DNA from: Octopus sinensis | Taxonomy: Eukaryota | Assembly (NCBI RefSeq): GCF_006345805.1 | Contig: NC_043001.1 | Span: forward strand, 12,338,001 to 12,402,000 | Direction: 5' to 3' | Length of the DNA stretch: 64,000 bases | Shown: positions 1 to 12,849 of the stretch, one piece after another | Numbering within the stretch: the stretch's first letter is position 1 | How the letters are laid out: every line of letters starts with the position of its first letter | Translations under genes and position numbers: made by a program | The notes under the pieces: model-generated | What the model was told of the DNA's origin: nothing | The model's database searches: none | What the model saw: the letters and a program-made list of their open reading frames with translations, nothing else

Positions 1-466
1 TTTATTATTTCTTCCATTAGGATTCAATGTCAGTAGTTATAAATATGTAATTTCTCTTCCATTATAACATTTTAAATGGATTCGATGCCATAGGGTATAA
101 ATCTTTTCGGAAAAATGTTATATATAATGGAATTTGTTGCCTTAATACGGATGTAATCAATTTTATATCAACATATAGCATAATGATAATTATAAGCAAT
201 ATTAAGTAATTGAATAGGACTGATATAATTGTCTGTTATTGGATGCCATCCAATTTACATAATCAATGTAGTTTCAAGTAAAAGAATAAAATAAGAAATA
301 ATATTTCAACAACGATACAGGATGAAACATCTAAGCGCATATTCTCTTTTTAATTCCTTGAAAGCAAAATGCGATGAAATCTGAATTTAATGTTTTATTA
401 AATAAAATTTTTCAAGAAATTGATTCACTGATTTCAATGTGTTGATAAATAAGGACAAACACAGCA

Positions 467-468
<2 letters not shown>

Positions 469-545
<77 letters not shown>
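469..545. repeat. (CA)n microsatellite
   Basis: Pure CA run seen directly. Confidence 0.97.
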
Positions 546-551
<6 letters not shown>

Positions 552-667
552 ATAGACATACAGTCATGCCTACATAAACATTCGAATATATTTTATAAGG
601 AATATCGATATGACGAAAGTTTCTGAATAACGGAGTCGTTGAGAAGTTCCTGCCGTTAAATTCCATT

Positions 668-834
668 TAGGAGTGGCTGTGTGGTAAGTAGCTTGCTAAC
701 CAACCACACGGTTCCGGGTTCAGTCCCACTGCGTGGCATCTTGGGCAAGTGTCTTCTGCTATAGCCCCGGGCCGACCAATGCCTAGTGAGTGGATTTGGT
801 AGACGGAAACTGAAAGAAGCCCGTCGTATATATG

Positions 835-867
<33 letters not shown>

Positions 868-1080
868 CTGTGTGTGTCTGTGTTTGTCCCCCTAGCATTG
901 CTTGACAACCGATGCTGGTGTGTTTACGTCCCCGTCACTTAGCGGTTCGGCAAAAGTGACCGATAGAATAAGTACTGGGCTTACAAAGAATAAGTCCTGG
1001 GGTCGATTTGCTCAGCTAAAGGCGGTGCTCCAGCATGGCCGCAGTCAAATGACTGAAACAAGTAAAAGAGTAAAAGAGTA
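668..1080 (+). mobile_element. tRNA-derived SINE family A, full length, internal (TA)n(TG)n tract
   Basis: A box TGGCTGTGTGG, B box GGTTCAGTCCC, tail (AGTAAAAG)n; about 10 copies in the window. Confidence 0.92.
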
Positions 1081-1329
1081 ATAGGATTAATACACATTCC
1101 TGGATTCCTCACAGTCTCCTTTGTTCGAATATATTTGATTTCAAATTGAACTTGATCAATGGTAGAAATAGAATTGGTACCATTTTCGTTCAAACCTCTC
1201 AGACCTGTCAAACAATAAAAATGATATATGGCCACGCAGTAAATTTAGAAAAGAAAACAATTTGATACGATAGTGGAATAAAAATGTTCCGGGACTACTA
1301 GTTCTATAGCGTGCTCACTCCTAAGGTCA

Positions 1330-1510
1330 ACCCTCAAATTCGTCGCCAAAGCTTGGTCGTGCGCTCTCAGTATAATGGTCTTGGTCTTTTCTTAGGGTTC
1401 TTTCATCAGCCAATCCCACTAATTTTTTCCAGCAACTTCTCTTGTGACGACTACATGGTATTAATTGTGTTTTACCTTCTTGCGTAATTGTACTTCATGT
1501 CCGATTTGGA
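1330..1510 (-). pseudogene. Very degenerate Dong/R4-type LINE fragment
   Basis: Minus-strand translation WDWLMK..IILRAHDQALATN resembles ILAAQD*SLLTR of the 1982-2790 copy. Confidence 0.4.
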
Positions 1511-1511
1511 T

Positions 1512-1540
1512 TTCTTCTTCTTCTTCTTCTTCTTCTTCTT

Positions 1541-1603
<63 letters not shown>

Positions 1604-1628
1604 TATTATTATTATTATTACTATTATA
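1512..1628. repeat. (TTC)n(TTA)n compound microsatellite
   Basis: Seen directly. Confidence 0.97.
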
Positions 1629-1629
1629 T

Positions 1630-1745
1630 TTTTGATTTTTGCTTTGTATTTGTACAAGTTGTCTCCAAGTCTCACCCAGGGACCTCAAGAGACAACAAAT
1701 TTGAATTCCAGTTTGGTGTTATGACTAGGGTGTCATATATTTAGT
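1630..1745 (-). mobile_element. 3' UTR-only remnant of Dong/R4-type LINE abutting (TTA)n
   Basis: TTTGTACAAGTT..CTCCAAGTCTCACCCAG..CTCAAGAGACAA is shared with 5826-5925 and with the 3' UTR of the coding copy at 30908-31364. Confidence 0.7.
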
Positions 1746-1908
1746 TTTTCATAGATTATTTTTCTAGACAAAGTCTGTCAAAACATGAATAATTAGAAGT
1801 TCGATTTAGTTAGTAATTTGATTATAAGATGATAACGAGTTAAGATGACAGCAAAGGTTGTTTCCTATTATGCACATTCAAGAATATTTCGACACTTTAT
1901 TATTATTA

Positions 1909-1977
<69 letters not shown>

Positions 1978-1981
1978 TTAT

Positions 1982-2790
1982 GTTTTTTCCTTCTTTCTTC
2001 AAATTTTCTTCCGTTTCTCGCCGAGTGTTTTAAATACACCTAGAGCAGAGAAGGGCATTGTATGCATTCCCAGATTACACGCACAGATAAAATATGTATT
2101 TAAAAAATATAAATAAATAAATTCATGGATGGATGTTATTTTCACAGCGATAGTGCTCTTCTCAGTACATGAGCCGTTCCAGTTAATACGAATTTTTGCA
2201 CTTCCTGTAGGGATGGTAAGCCTGGAATCATTTTCAAATAGGTTTCAGTACCTTTTTTTTTTATCATTCCTAGAGATCCTACAATCACTGGTACTATAGT
2301 CGCCTTGAGATGCCACTTTTTTTCAATTTCCATTAGCAGGTCTTTATATTTACTGATCTTGTCAAATTCTTTCGCCGCTATATTGTGATCACAGGGAATA
2401 CTCATGTCAATTAATAAACACATCCTTTTTGTCTGATCTTTATATAATAATATCCGGTTTATTAGCTTTTATAGTCATGTCGGTCTGCACGGCGAAGTCC
2501 CATAGAATCGACACATTTTCTCCCTCAGTCACAGCTTCAGGATGATGTTTATACCATTTGTCAGCGGTTTTGATTTTATAATACCGACATATTGTCCAAT
2601 GTAAATACTGGCCGACTCTGTCATCACTTGCTTTATATTCTGCTGGTGCTAAGACTCCACATCCTGAGATTAGGTGTTCTATTGTTTCAATCTCATCGTT
2701 ACAGAATCGGCATTTTGGGTCAGCTCCATTTTTCATCACATTAACTTGGTAGCTCCGGGTTAATAAGCTTTAGTCTTGAGCAGCTAATAT
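1982..2790 (-). mobile_element. 5'-truncated Dong/R4-clade non-LTR retrotransposon: CCHC knuckle plus restriction-like endonuclease, disrupted
   Basis: ORFs 2440-2739 (CRFC..ETIEHLISGC, WDF..QTD..ANKPDIII) and 2142-2423 (LIDMSIP..KE..KYKDL..IVPVIVGSLG); 3' end joins (TAA)n. Confidence 0.9.
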
Positions 2791-2804
2791 TATAATTATA
2801 TTAT

Positions 2805-2969
2805 ATTGATTATTTATGTTGAGTATAAGCAAAACCTTACGTTATTTACATTTGACTGATATTTGTCCTCATCTTGTTTGTTGTTAACACAACTTTCGGC
2901 TTATATGCCCTCCAAACTTCAACAGGTGTCTTGGGGAAATTTCGAACTTGGGTTCTTATTCTTAAGGTA

Positions 2970-2970
<1 letters not shown>
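2805..2970 (-). mobile_element. Headless SINE family E copy with mutated HHR (2886-2930)
   Basis: Matches 3852-4020, 36385-36515 and 50640-50805; core reads CUGUUGA. Confidence 0.8.
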
Positions 2971-3042
<72 letters not shown>

Positions 3043-3049
3043 TATTATT

Positions 3050-3090
<41 letters not shown>

Positions 3091-3161
3091 GATTATCATT
3101 ATTATTATTATTATTATTATGATTATCATTATTATTATTATTATTATTATTATCATTATTA

Positions 3162-3210
<49 letters not shown>

Positions 3211-3215
3211 CATTA

Positions 3216-3279
<64 letters not shown>

Positions 3280-3314
3280 TATTATTATTATCATTATTAT
3301 TATTATTATTATTA
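2968..3314. repeat. (TTA)n/(TCA)n microsatellite
   Basis: Seen directly. Confidence 0.97.
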
Positions 3315-3884
3315 AGGACATAAGAACATCACCATAAATCAATGATGAAGAATAACAGTAAAACTTCATTAAATACAGCAAATTGTAATTCTTCGTAGCT
3401 TGTTGCAAAAGTCTCAATGGTTTTCATGATAATGGCCATCAATATGTGGCACGAAATTCTGCCTCATTTGGAAATCCAAAGAAGTAATTGTTTAATGGAA
3501 CCCTTTGTTATTAGAAGTGTTATAATTCCATGTTCTGGAAATAAAAGATTTGAAGCTCTTTTGATTGAGACCTAACTAATTATTATTCTAAATTTACAAT
3601 TTTAATTTCCTTTTTGTTTTAACGTTGCTGTTGTTGTTTTGTCCTTGTTATTTGTACGCAGGCCAAATGTAATTAAGATTAACCGTTAACAGCATCATGT
3701 AAGGACTGATTAGCTTTTAACATCTGACACACCACATCTAGTAACACCACACTGAAATTGACCTTTTCTTCATAAAATCCTTTGCCCGATTTTATACTAA
3801 TTGGTCAATAGAATCTCAATATTGATTTTAAATTATATTTGTCAAATGTTATGTTTGATTATTTATGTTGAGTAAAAGCAAAAT

Positions 3885-4125
3885 CTTACATTATTTACAT
3901 TTGACTGATATTTGTCCTCATCTTGTTTGTTGTTAACACAACTTTTCGGCTGATATGCTCTCCAACCTTCATCACGTCTCTTGGGGAAATTTCGAACCTG
4001 GGTTCTCATTCCTAAAGTAGTTTTTCATGTTATCACTATTATTATTCAAATCACTACCTGGAATCGAACTCGGAATCTTTGTGGAGAGTAGCCTGCTCTC
4101 TTAACCATTACGCCATATGCCCGTG
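3885..4125 (-). mobile_element. SINE family E, complete: tRNA head, short (AAT)n, HHR body, TGTAAATAA tail
   Basis: A box TGGCGTAATGG, B box GAGTTCGATTCC; HHR scaffold at 3935-3980 with C3 mutated to G. Confidence 0.8.
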
Positions 4126-4314
4126 GGCAATTATGGAGTGAATTTTCGGGCTTCTAAATCTAATATTTTCCTTTCTTATCTTATCGGTTCCATATGCTAT
4201 ACATATCTGCACTCGGTCTGCTTAGGAGGTTATTGTGTCCTAGTATATGTGCTGCTTCGTTTAGTTTTCGTACACAACAACCACGTAAGCAAATCGAGTG
4301 CAGATATGAATAGC

Positions 4315-4782
<468 letters not shown>

Positions 4783-5300
4783 AATACGTACATTAGTATG
4801 TACGTATATATGGAAGCACCACTAGCTGGTATGGAATTTATACATATATTTATCATTTATAGTGTGAATGACCCCATGGATACGAAATGAATTTCTTAAA
4901 CATAACACCTGGCTAACAACCTTTTCAAAATGTACGTCATCCATTAGTTGATACATTACTGAAAGGTAATCAAAATACAAAGGTATAACATTTTGAAATT
5001 TCATGAAATATGCTCTCACCGATCAACCGCGCCCCACAACCTAGAGCCAAGGTTACGCAGAGTATAAACCATCAACACTGTCAACAAAGTATATCTCGTA
5101 ATATATAAACAAGAATCGAATGTCTCAGGGCTTCAATCATTAAGGCACGGGTCGCCTAAAAGAAAAAAATATTGCTTGACTTTATTTCTCCTAGATACCA
5201 TACGCAATAGATATAAAACAAAGTCGTACTCATATCTTTCAACCTATATCCCACCCTTACCGGCCTCAGTGAAAGGATATTTTCCAATTTTTGCAGTAAG

Positions 5301-5301
5301 T

Positions 5302-5343
<42 letters not shown>

Positions 5344-5398
5344 CTACTACTATACTACTACTACTACTTTCATTATTATTACTATTATTATAATTATA

Positions 5399-5451
<53 letters not shown>

Positions 5452-5493
5452 TATTACTATCATTATTATTATTATTATCATTATTGTTATTAC

Positions 5494-5535
<42 letters not shown>

Positions 5536-5546
5536 TATTATTATCA

Positions 5547-5583
<37 letters not shown>

Positions 5584-5719
5584 TATTATTATCATTATTA
5601 TTACTATCATTATTATTATTATTATTACTATTATTATTATCATTATTATTACTATCATTATTATTATTATTATTATTATTATAAGTTCTATTAGTAGTAG
5701 TAGTAGTAGTAGTAGTAGC

Positions 5720-5792
<73 letters not shown>

Positions 5793-5826
5793 ATAGTAGT
5801 ATCATTATTATTATTATTATGATTAT
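5301..5826. repeat. (ACT)n-(ATT)n-(AGT)n compound trinucleotide array
   Basis: Seen directly. Confidence 0.95.
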
Positions 5827-5925
5827 ATGTTTGACGTTTGTTTTGTATTTGTACAAGTTAACTCCAAGTCTCACCCAGAGACGTCAAGAGACAAAAAGTT
5901 TGAATTCTAGTTTGGTGTTATGAAT
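5826..5925 (-). mobile_element. 3' UTR-only remnant of Dong/R4-type LINE
   Basis: Same sequence as 1630-1745 and 30908-31030; abuts trinucleotide repeat. Confidence 0.7.
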
Positions 5926-6389
5926 TTCCGATTCTCCTTTTTGTTTTCAGACATATATCATTATTCGTAGCTTCCTGCCTGCCATGCCTCTAACCCCAGG
6001 GTGCACTCCATCGAAAATATGTCAGAAATACTCTCCTTCACGTTAATAGGTTTGTCATTAAGGAGGCAAGACAACCCAAGTAAAATGCAAATTAACACAA
6101 CCCATTACGTTAGGTCATTAAGGTCATCGTTTTTATTATGAAGAAAATGTCTAACAACACTTTGCGATTATCCCTTTCACACAAAAGCCTAGGAAATTAA
6201 TGGAATAGATCACCCATTGACACTCTCCAAATTTTTCCCCACAAACACGCTACCGAAAGTAGCAGATTTTCCTGGTTGATCTTTGAGAAGACGTTGATGG
6301 TGCCTTGGCGGAGGTTTGCACGCTTTGAGTGATCTTGAATTATATTTGATTGATATGGAAGATGACAGTCTTTGCAGAGAGAATCCTTA

Positions 6390-6550
6390 GCTTCATATTG
6401 TTTCGCATTTAGGCTGTGAGTTTGAATTCCGCCTAAGTCCATCTTGCCTTTTATCCCTTTCCCGGTTGATAAAATGACTAACATTCGTGCACTTGGATGC
6501 ATGTAATTAACGAAACCCCTTCCAGCAAATCTCAGTCATTGTGCCAGTAA
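6390..6550 (+). mobile_element. Degenerate SINE family B
   Basis: GAGTTTGAATTCCGCC..TTGCCTTTTATCCCTTTCCCGGTTGATAAAATG resembles the family B core. Confidence 0.55.
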
Positions 6551-6610
6551 AAAAAATCGAGTATTTGCATATGTCCGTTAATCCTCATAATCTTGATATA
6601 GTCTTAGATA

Positions 6611-7030
6611 GGCGTAGGAGTGGCTGTGTGGTAAGTAGCTTGCTTACCAACTACATGGTTCCGGGTTAAGACCCACTGCGTGGTACCTTGGGCAAGTGTC
6701 TTCTACTATAGCCTTGGGTCAACCAAAGCCTTGTGAGTGGATTTGGTAGACTGAAACTGAAAGAAGCCCGTCGTATATATGTATATATATATATGTCTGT
6801 GTGTGTATGTGTGTATATGTTTGTGTGTCTGTACTTGTCCCCCGAACATCGCTTGACAACCGATGCTGGTGTGTTTACGTCTCCGTAATTTAGCGGTTTG
6901 GCAAAGAGACCGATAGAATAAGTGCCAGGCTTACAAAGAATAAATCCTGGGGTCGATTTGCTCGACTAAAGGCGGTGCTCCAGCGTGGACACAGTCAAAT
7001 GACTGAAACAAGTAAAAGAGTAAAAGAGTA
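6611..7030 (+). mobile_element. SINE family A, full length
   Basis: Colinear with 668-1080. Confidence 0.92.
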
Positions 7031-7146
7031 ATGTTTTGTAAGACATGCCTCGGGATCTATCATATATATATATATTGCGTGGTTACACCTAATCTAAGTT
7101 ACAATTTAGTCCATTGCTATTTTTAAGGAAAATTATTTATATATTA

Positions 7147-7617
7147 TGTAAAGTATAAAAGTCATCCCAATATGGCTAACCACAAAGGGGGGTGTTACTG
7201 TAGATTTTAGCCCCAGGATTGTCGAGCGATTACTGTTTACATCTCGTTCTGAGATTTAATAATGCTTACAGACATTTTTCGAAATCAGTGGCAGAAGTCA
7301 CTAGAAAAACTCTTATATTTGCAAACAGGCTTTCTCTTTCCTCGTGATCCAGTGATTACCGCCCGTTGATAAGAGGCAATAACCTCGAAACCGCGGTCCG
7401 GTGCGTATCACTTAGGCTTACGAGAAGGAGATGGCCTCCCTTTGCAAATACTATAAGGGCACAGATAGTGTGCCTGAAGCCAGCTGGAGACGATGATCTC
7501 CTGGGGCTAAAAAGCTACAGTAACACCCCGCTTTGTGGTTAGCCATATTGAGATGGCTTTTATACTTTACATTGTCGAGCGATTACTGTTTACATCTCGT
7601 TCTGAGATTTAATAATA
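7147..7617 (+). mobile_element. Penelope-type pseudo-LTR remnant with inverted 5' segment (X'-Y-Z-X-Y)
   Basis: 7147-7218 is the reverse complement of 7499-7571; TTGTCGAGCGATTACTG...TTTAATAAT follows both arms; decayed HHR-like motif near 7468-7530. Confidence 0.6.
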
Positions 7618-8920
7618 TTTATATATTGTAAGTATGATAAGAACGTATGGTAGTAGCATTTTCAAGGATTGTAATACTTTTAGATGTATTATATTTGTAA
7701 CATATCAGTAACGTCCGAGAATGTCATAATATGGAAGCCCCTTTGAGAAAGACTACTGATTGTTATTGAATACAAAGAAATTAAACTATAACGTAATATC
7801 TTATTGAATTTCAAAGGAAGTTTGCAATGTGTTTCGTGCTATATACTAATATTATGTAATTTAGTCGGTAGACTGGACCAAATTATTTTCTAAATATTAT
7901 GAATTATAGCTGTAGCTTTCCTCATTGTATACTTATATACATAAGAATAATATGAATCTATTACATGAAGCAACAGGAGGTTTGTTACTTGAATGTGTTT
8001 CTGAGACTCTCAACCTAATTATATATCACCGATTTGAATATTTCAAATAAAATTTGTATCACGTATAGATGTTTCTTAAACCCGTCTGACCACTTTAATT
8101 AAACTAAATATAGTAGATTTGCCCTTCTAGAATGAATTTTAAAATAATCTCCCTATGGAAATTCGTAGTTACTATACTGTTGTAGAGAGATTACAGACCA
8201 GAAGGCAATATGCATATGATCCGGCTACTATTTTCTTCATACGTAGCATTTGAATCAGGTTTCGTAGTAACGTAATATATTTGAATCTGTGTAAATCATA
8301 TTAAATCTTACAAACCGTATTTCGCAGATGGTAGTTCGTGAAATCTAATCAAAGAAGATTTGAACGACTTAAATGGGAGATTTAGAATTCATATAGAATA
8401 TGTCAGAATTATTATATTTTATCTTTCAGGAATGGAAATCTCTCTAGTCGTCCACTCAGAAATTCAAAATTCTATGACAGTCATGTTAGTTCAATACGAG
8501 ACGAGAACTTTCGTAGAAATGATAACGGTCAGATACAAGAGACAAATACTACCTTTGATACGAAGGTCGTGAGGTCTATCACAGATAGTGTGTAATGGGT
8601 CACCCTCTATTATTATTGGTTCTACATCTGAAGAGCTATACGCAAAATTTGCCTCTGAAAAATCTGCTTTAACGGATGCATGGTAGGTAAGTCTGTCCTC
8701 GTGTCACTCACGCTTATTCATGGGAAAGACACATGACTTGCATTGATACAATTTAGCATGAGTAAGATCACAGCCATTGCTATGAAAATGTTAAGAGAAG
8801 TGAAATATCTCAATAAATATAATCCAAAACTCTAATAATTCTACCACTCTACTGGTCGATTTTGATATTTTTTTTATCAAACAACGGAATATAAAGTTTA
8901 CATATGTTGGACCCAGAGAT

Positions 8921-9017
8921 ACTCTCTCTTTTACTCTCTTTTTACTCTTTTATTTGCTTCAGTCATTTGACTGCGGCCATGCTGGAACACCGCCTTTAGT
9001 CGAGCAAATCGACCCCT
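8921..9017 (-). mobile_element. SINE family A 3' end cut by the assembly gap
   Basis: Reverse complement of the family A tail. Confidence 0.88.
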
Positions 9018-9117
9018 NNNNNNNNNNNNNNNNNNNNNNNNNNNNNNNNNNNNNNNNNNNNNNNNNNNNNNNNNNNNNNNNNNNNNNNNNNNNNNNNNNN
9101 NNNNNNNNNNNNNNNNN
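9018..9117. other. Assembly gap (100 N)
   Basis: Run of exactly 100 N. Confidence 1.
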
Positions 9118-9453
9118 CTAATATTGGTTTCAAATGTTGGCACGGAGAGAGATAAGTCGATTACGGTGCTAATTAGTATTTAATTTATCGACACCGAAAG
9201 GATAAAGGTTAAAGTCAATCTCGGCTAGCACACTGCCTTCAGACTTCGTTTAGCTATTTCATATTTGTATATTGAGCAGGGAATTATGAATGTGTATGAG
9301 TGGAAGATTTTCTTTTCTAATTTTTTCTAATTATAATTAACTTTTCTTCACGCCCGAATCGGACGTCAATTAAAAATTAAAAAAAAGGAAGATGTTCATT
9401 TTACAGTTAAGTAGGAAGAGGCAAAATATATTCCAGAAGGTAGTAGATTCTAA

Positions 9454-9870
9454 GGCGGTGAGCTGGCGGAAACGTTAGCACGCCAGGCGAAATGCTTAGC
9501 CGTATTTCGTCTGTCTTTATGTTCTGAGTTCAAATTCCGCCGCGGTTGACTTTGCCTTTCATCATTTCGGGGTCGATTAAATAAGTACCAGTTACGCACT
9601 GGGGTCAATGTATTCGATTTAATCCGTGTGTCTGTCCTTGTTTGTCCTCTCTGTATTTAGCACCTTGTGGGTAGTAAAGAAATAGGTATTTCGTCTGCCG
9701 TTACGTTCTGAGTTCAAATTTCGCCGAGGTCGACTTTGCTTTTTATCGTTTTGTGGTGGATAAACTAAGTACCAGTTACGCACTGGGCTCGATGCAATCA
9801 GCTTAATCCGTTTGTCTGCCCTTGTTTGTCTCCTCTATGCTTAGCCCCTTGTGGGCAATAAATAAATAAG
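9454..9870 (+). mobile_element. SINE family B with tandem duplication of its 3' ~185 bp
   Basis: Full unit 9454-9683, then a restart at GGTATTTCGTCTGCC; B box GAGTTCAAATTCC; core GCCTTTCATCCTTTCGGGGTCGAT..AAGTACCAG resembles the Meta/MESC SINE domain. Confidence 0.9.
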
Positions 9871-10105
9871 AAACTAGTAGTGAACCGAAAGTCAACATTT
9901 CTTGTCACATAAAATAAAATAGTAATATATGTTTAGTAGTAGCTCGGTTTTAAATTGTTAATTGCTTAATTACTCACTTAACGCGGCATGTAACATGATT
10001 TAGAAGAAAGTTTAATAGAACACGTTGTTAAAAAGTAATGGAGTGCGAAAAGGATATAGAACTCATACTTCGAAAATTGAGTGTTTGTTTTTTCTTAGCA
10101 CGTAA

Positions 10106-10505
10106 TCTTTATATATAAAAGTCAAGTTGTGTGTCTGTCTCCTACGATTTAGATTCCTAACTACTCCCACATTTTGCGGTGCAGTTTAACCAAAACCGGG
10201 TATCTTATAGTCGTGATTCATATCGAGCCCTTCTGGGTATTAGCGCGCGTCTACGATGAGTCTACGATTTAAAAAAAAGTTACCAACATTTTTTTCCATT
10301 TTAATGCATTTTTTCGATATTATATAAGGAAAGTAACTCTCTAAAAATGTCAACGATGAGTCAACGATTTAAAAAAAAAATTACCATCATTTTTTTCCAT
10401 TTTAATGCATTTTTTTTTGTTGCTATTTTTGGGCTATAACTCTCTAAAAATGCTTATATAGTTATTTCCCTTACAAACCCGAGCAACGCCGGGCGATACT
10501 GCTAG
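10106..10505 (+). mobile_element. Non-autonomous Helitron (family H)
   Basis: 5' TC, 3' CTAG, subterminal hairpin CCCGAGCAACGCCGGG, A|T insertion site; near-identical copies at 37643 and 38957. Confidence 0.9.
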
Positions 10506-10917
10506 TCAGATATATATTGATAGATACAAACATTTATAGATGTTTTAAAGCAATAAAACCAATTCATTTATGAGTATACGTTGTAAGCGTGATTGATATA
10601 AAGATATAAGTGTAATAAAACGAATTCATCATTTATCTCTTCGTGAAAACAAACTTATAGTTCAAACTTATATTGTGTATGACAATTCAAACCTCCGACG
10701 TAAATTTGCCCTATTCACATTTAAGTTATTCAATTTACAAAATCAATTTCCGTTCATCAAAAATATACATCCCAAACAACGTTCAATATTTATTTACATG
10801 CGAAATCTATTTATTTACGCGCTCACACTCTCTCGCACAAATGCAAATGCAAACACACACACTTGCACACTTACATCAGTATATGTAAAGACGCATCTGC
10901 TTGTAAATCTACGTGCA

Positions 10918-11338
<421 letters not shown>

Positions 11339-11795
11339 AACAAACTAATTCAATGGAAATTGAATTTAATACAAAATATGATTGGATATAATTTGTTTTC
11401 TCATCAAATCACTAAAGCCCAAAACTTTATAACAATTCTCTACTAAGAAAAATAACAGTCAAAACAATTTCCGACAATATTATCAATATATTATTGGTTA
11501 TAAATGTATACAAGTTTGTTCCAGTTAGGAATGAGTTTAGCTTCTAACCTAGTCCCCCTACAACAGAGTATCTTCACAATGTCAAACAATGTCTTAAATC
11601 TTGGTAATTGCATTGTTCTATAATTGCATACATACGGTAGTAAAATTTCATACAAAAATACATACCTACGTCCCCCACATATATACAACCTCTCTCTCTC
11701 TGGTTCGCCAGTCGTTGCAATCTGTCGAGGTCATGAAGACACTGAAATGTACCAGTAACTACTATATATTATATATATATTTATTTATATATACA

Positions 11796-11897
<102 letters not shown>

Positions 11898-11956
11898 CGT
11901 CTATATGTGTATGTATACCTATCTATACAAGTATATATATACATATATAGATATAT

Positions 11957-12324
11957 ACGAGCAAAAGGCCCCCCCCACGTCCAGTAGACGGTGCTGAGTT
12001 GTCAAACATTTAAACCAAATTTTCTCAAAACAACTTGTCCGACCGTCCCATAGCCCTCCCCTTTGAGAAACACTGATTTAACCTAAATTTCAGACACCAG
12101 CAAAAGATTTAAAGTTAGACTTTTTTCTATTCCAAGAAAAATGATTTTAAAAATGAACGTTCGCACGGCTTTATCGATCGCATTCTCACTTGGAATCGAT
12201 TTATGTAATTTCTCAAAACTTATACACGCCCTGATACCGTCGGTATCTACATATCAAATTTGAACGCAATCGGAGGGAGGATGCCCGAGATCCTAGAAGA
12301 CACACACACAGACAGACAGAACAG

Positions 12325-12330
<6 letters not shown>
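11957..12330 (-). mobile_element. Probable non-autonomous Helitron-like element within (TA)n
   Basis: Minus strand starts with TA- and TGTC-rich sequence like family H and ends with hairpin ACGTC-CAGTA-GACG before CTCGT. Confidence 0.5.
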
Positions 12331-12380
<50 letters not shown>

Positions 12381-12849
12381 CGCAAGCTGTGAAGTAGCGA
12401 TAGTCAACACTATCGAAAGCTTTTGACTAATCCAAATAGATCGGTCCTCACTGGTTCCAGTTTTCCCACTCATTCCGTCGAGCTCCCTGTTGTCATACAT
12501 GCATCTATAGGGCCATACATGTTTGTGCTTCTTTGACCAAGCCATATATGAGAAATGCCATTTTCTTTACTGACACCAAAATTTTAAATATTTAGCAGAG
12601 TTATAGTCTGGAAATTGTCTATCATGTAACCACTTCAGGCATTGTTTCTCACCAACGTTAATAGATGCCCCGCTCATATCAGTAGGAAATCTCTCGTTAT
12701 GCTATGACATGTGATCGACGTTTTCCAAGGCGTCACTCAATAAGTTTGGCGTAAAATCCTTAGACTCATAATGCACAACACGCTAATAAGTATACATTTC
12801 TCGTATCTCATTTGCTGTCCTTACAGTGCCTTGCCATTTGTTTCGCTAG

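Noticed and set aside
5301-5800. Functional hairpin between (ACT)n and (AGT)n tracts
   Set aside because: Complementary simple repeats are expected by chance at this microsatellite density
8624-8655. Hammerhead-like CTGAAGA-GC-TATAC-GC-AAAA
   Set aside because: Lacks G12, stem III and stem I complementarity
8931-9143. ORF across the N run
   Set aside because: Artefact of the assembly gap
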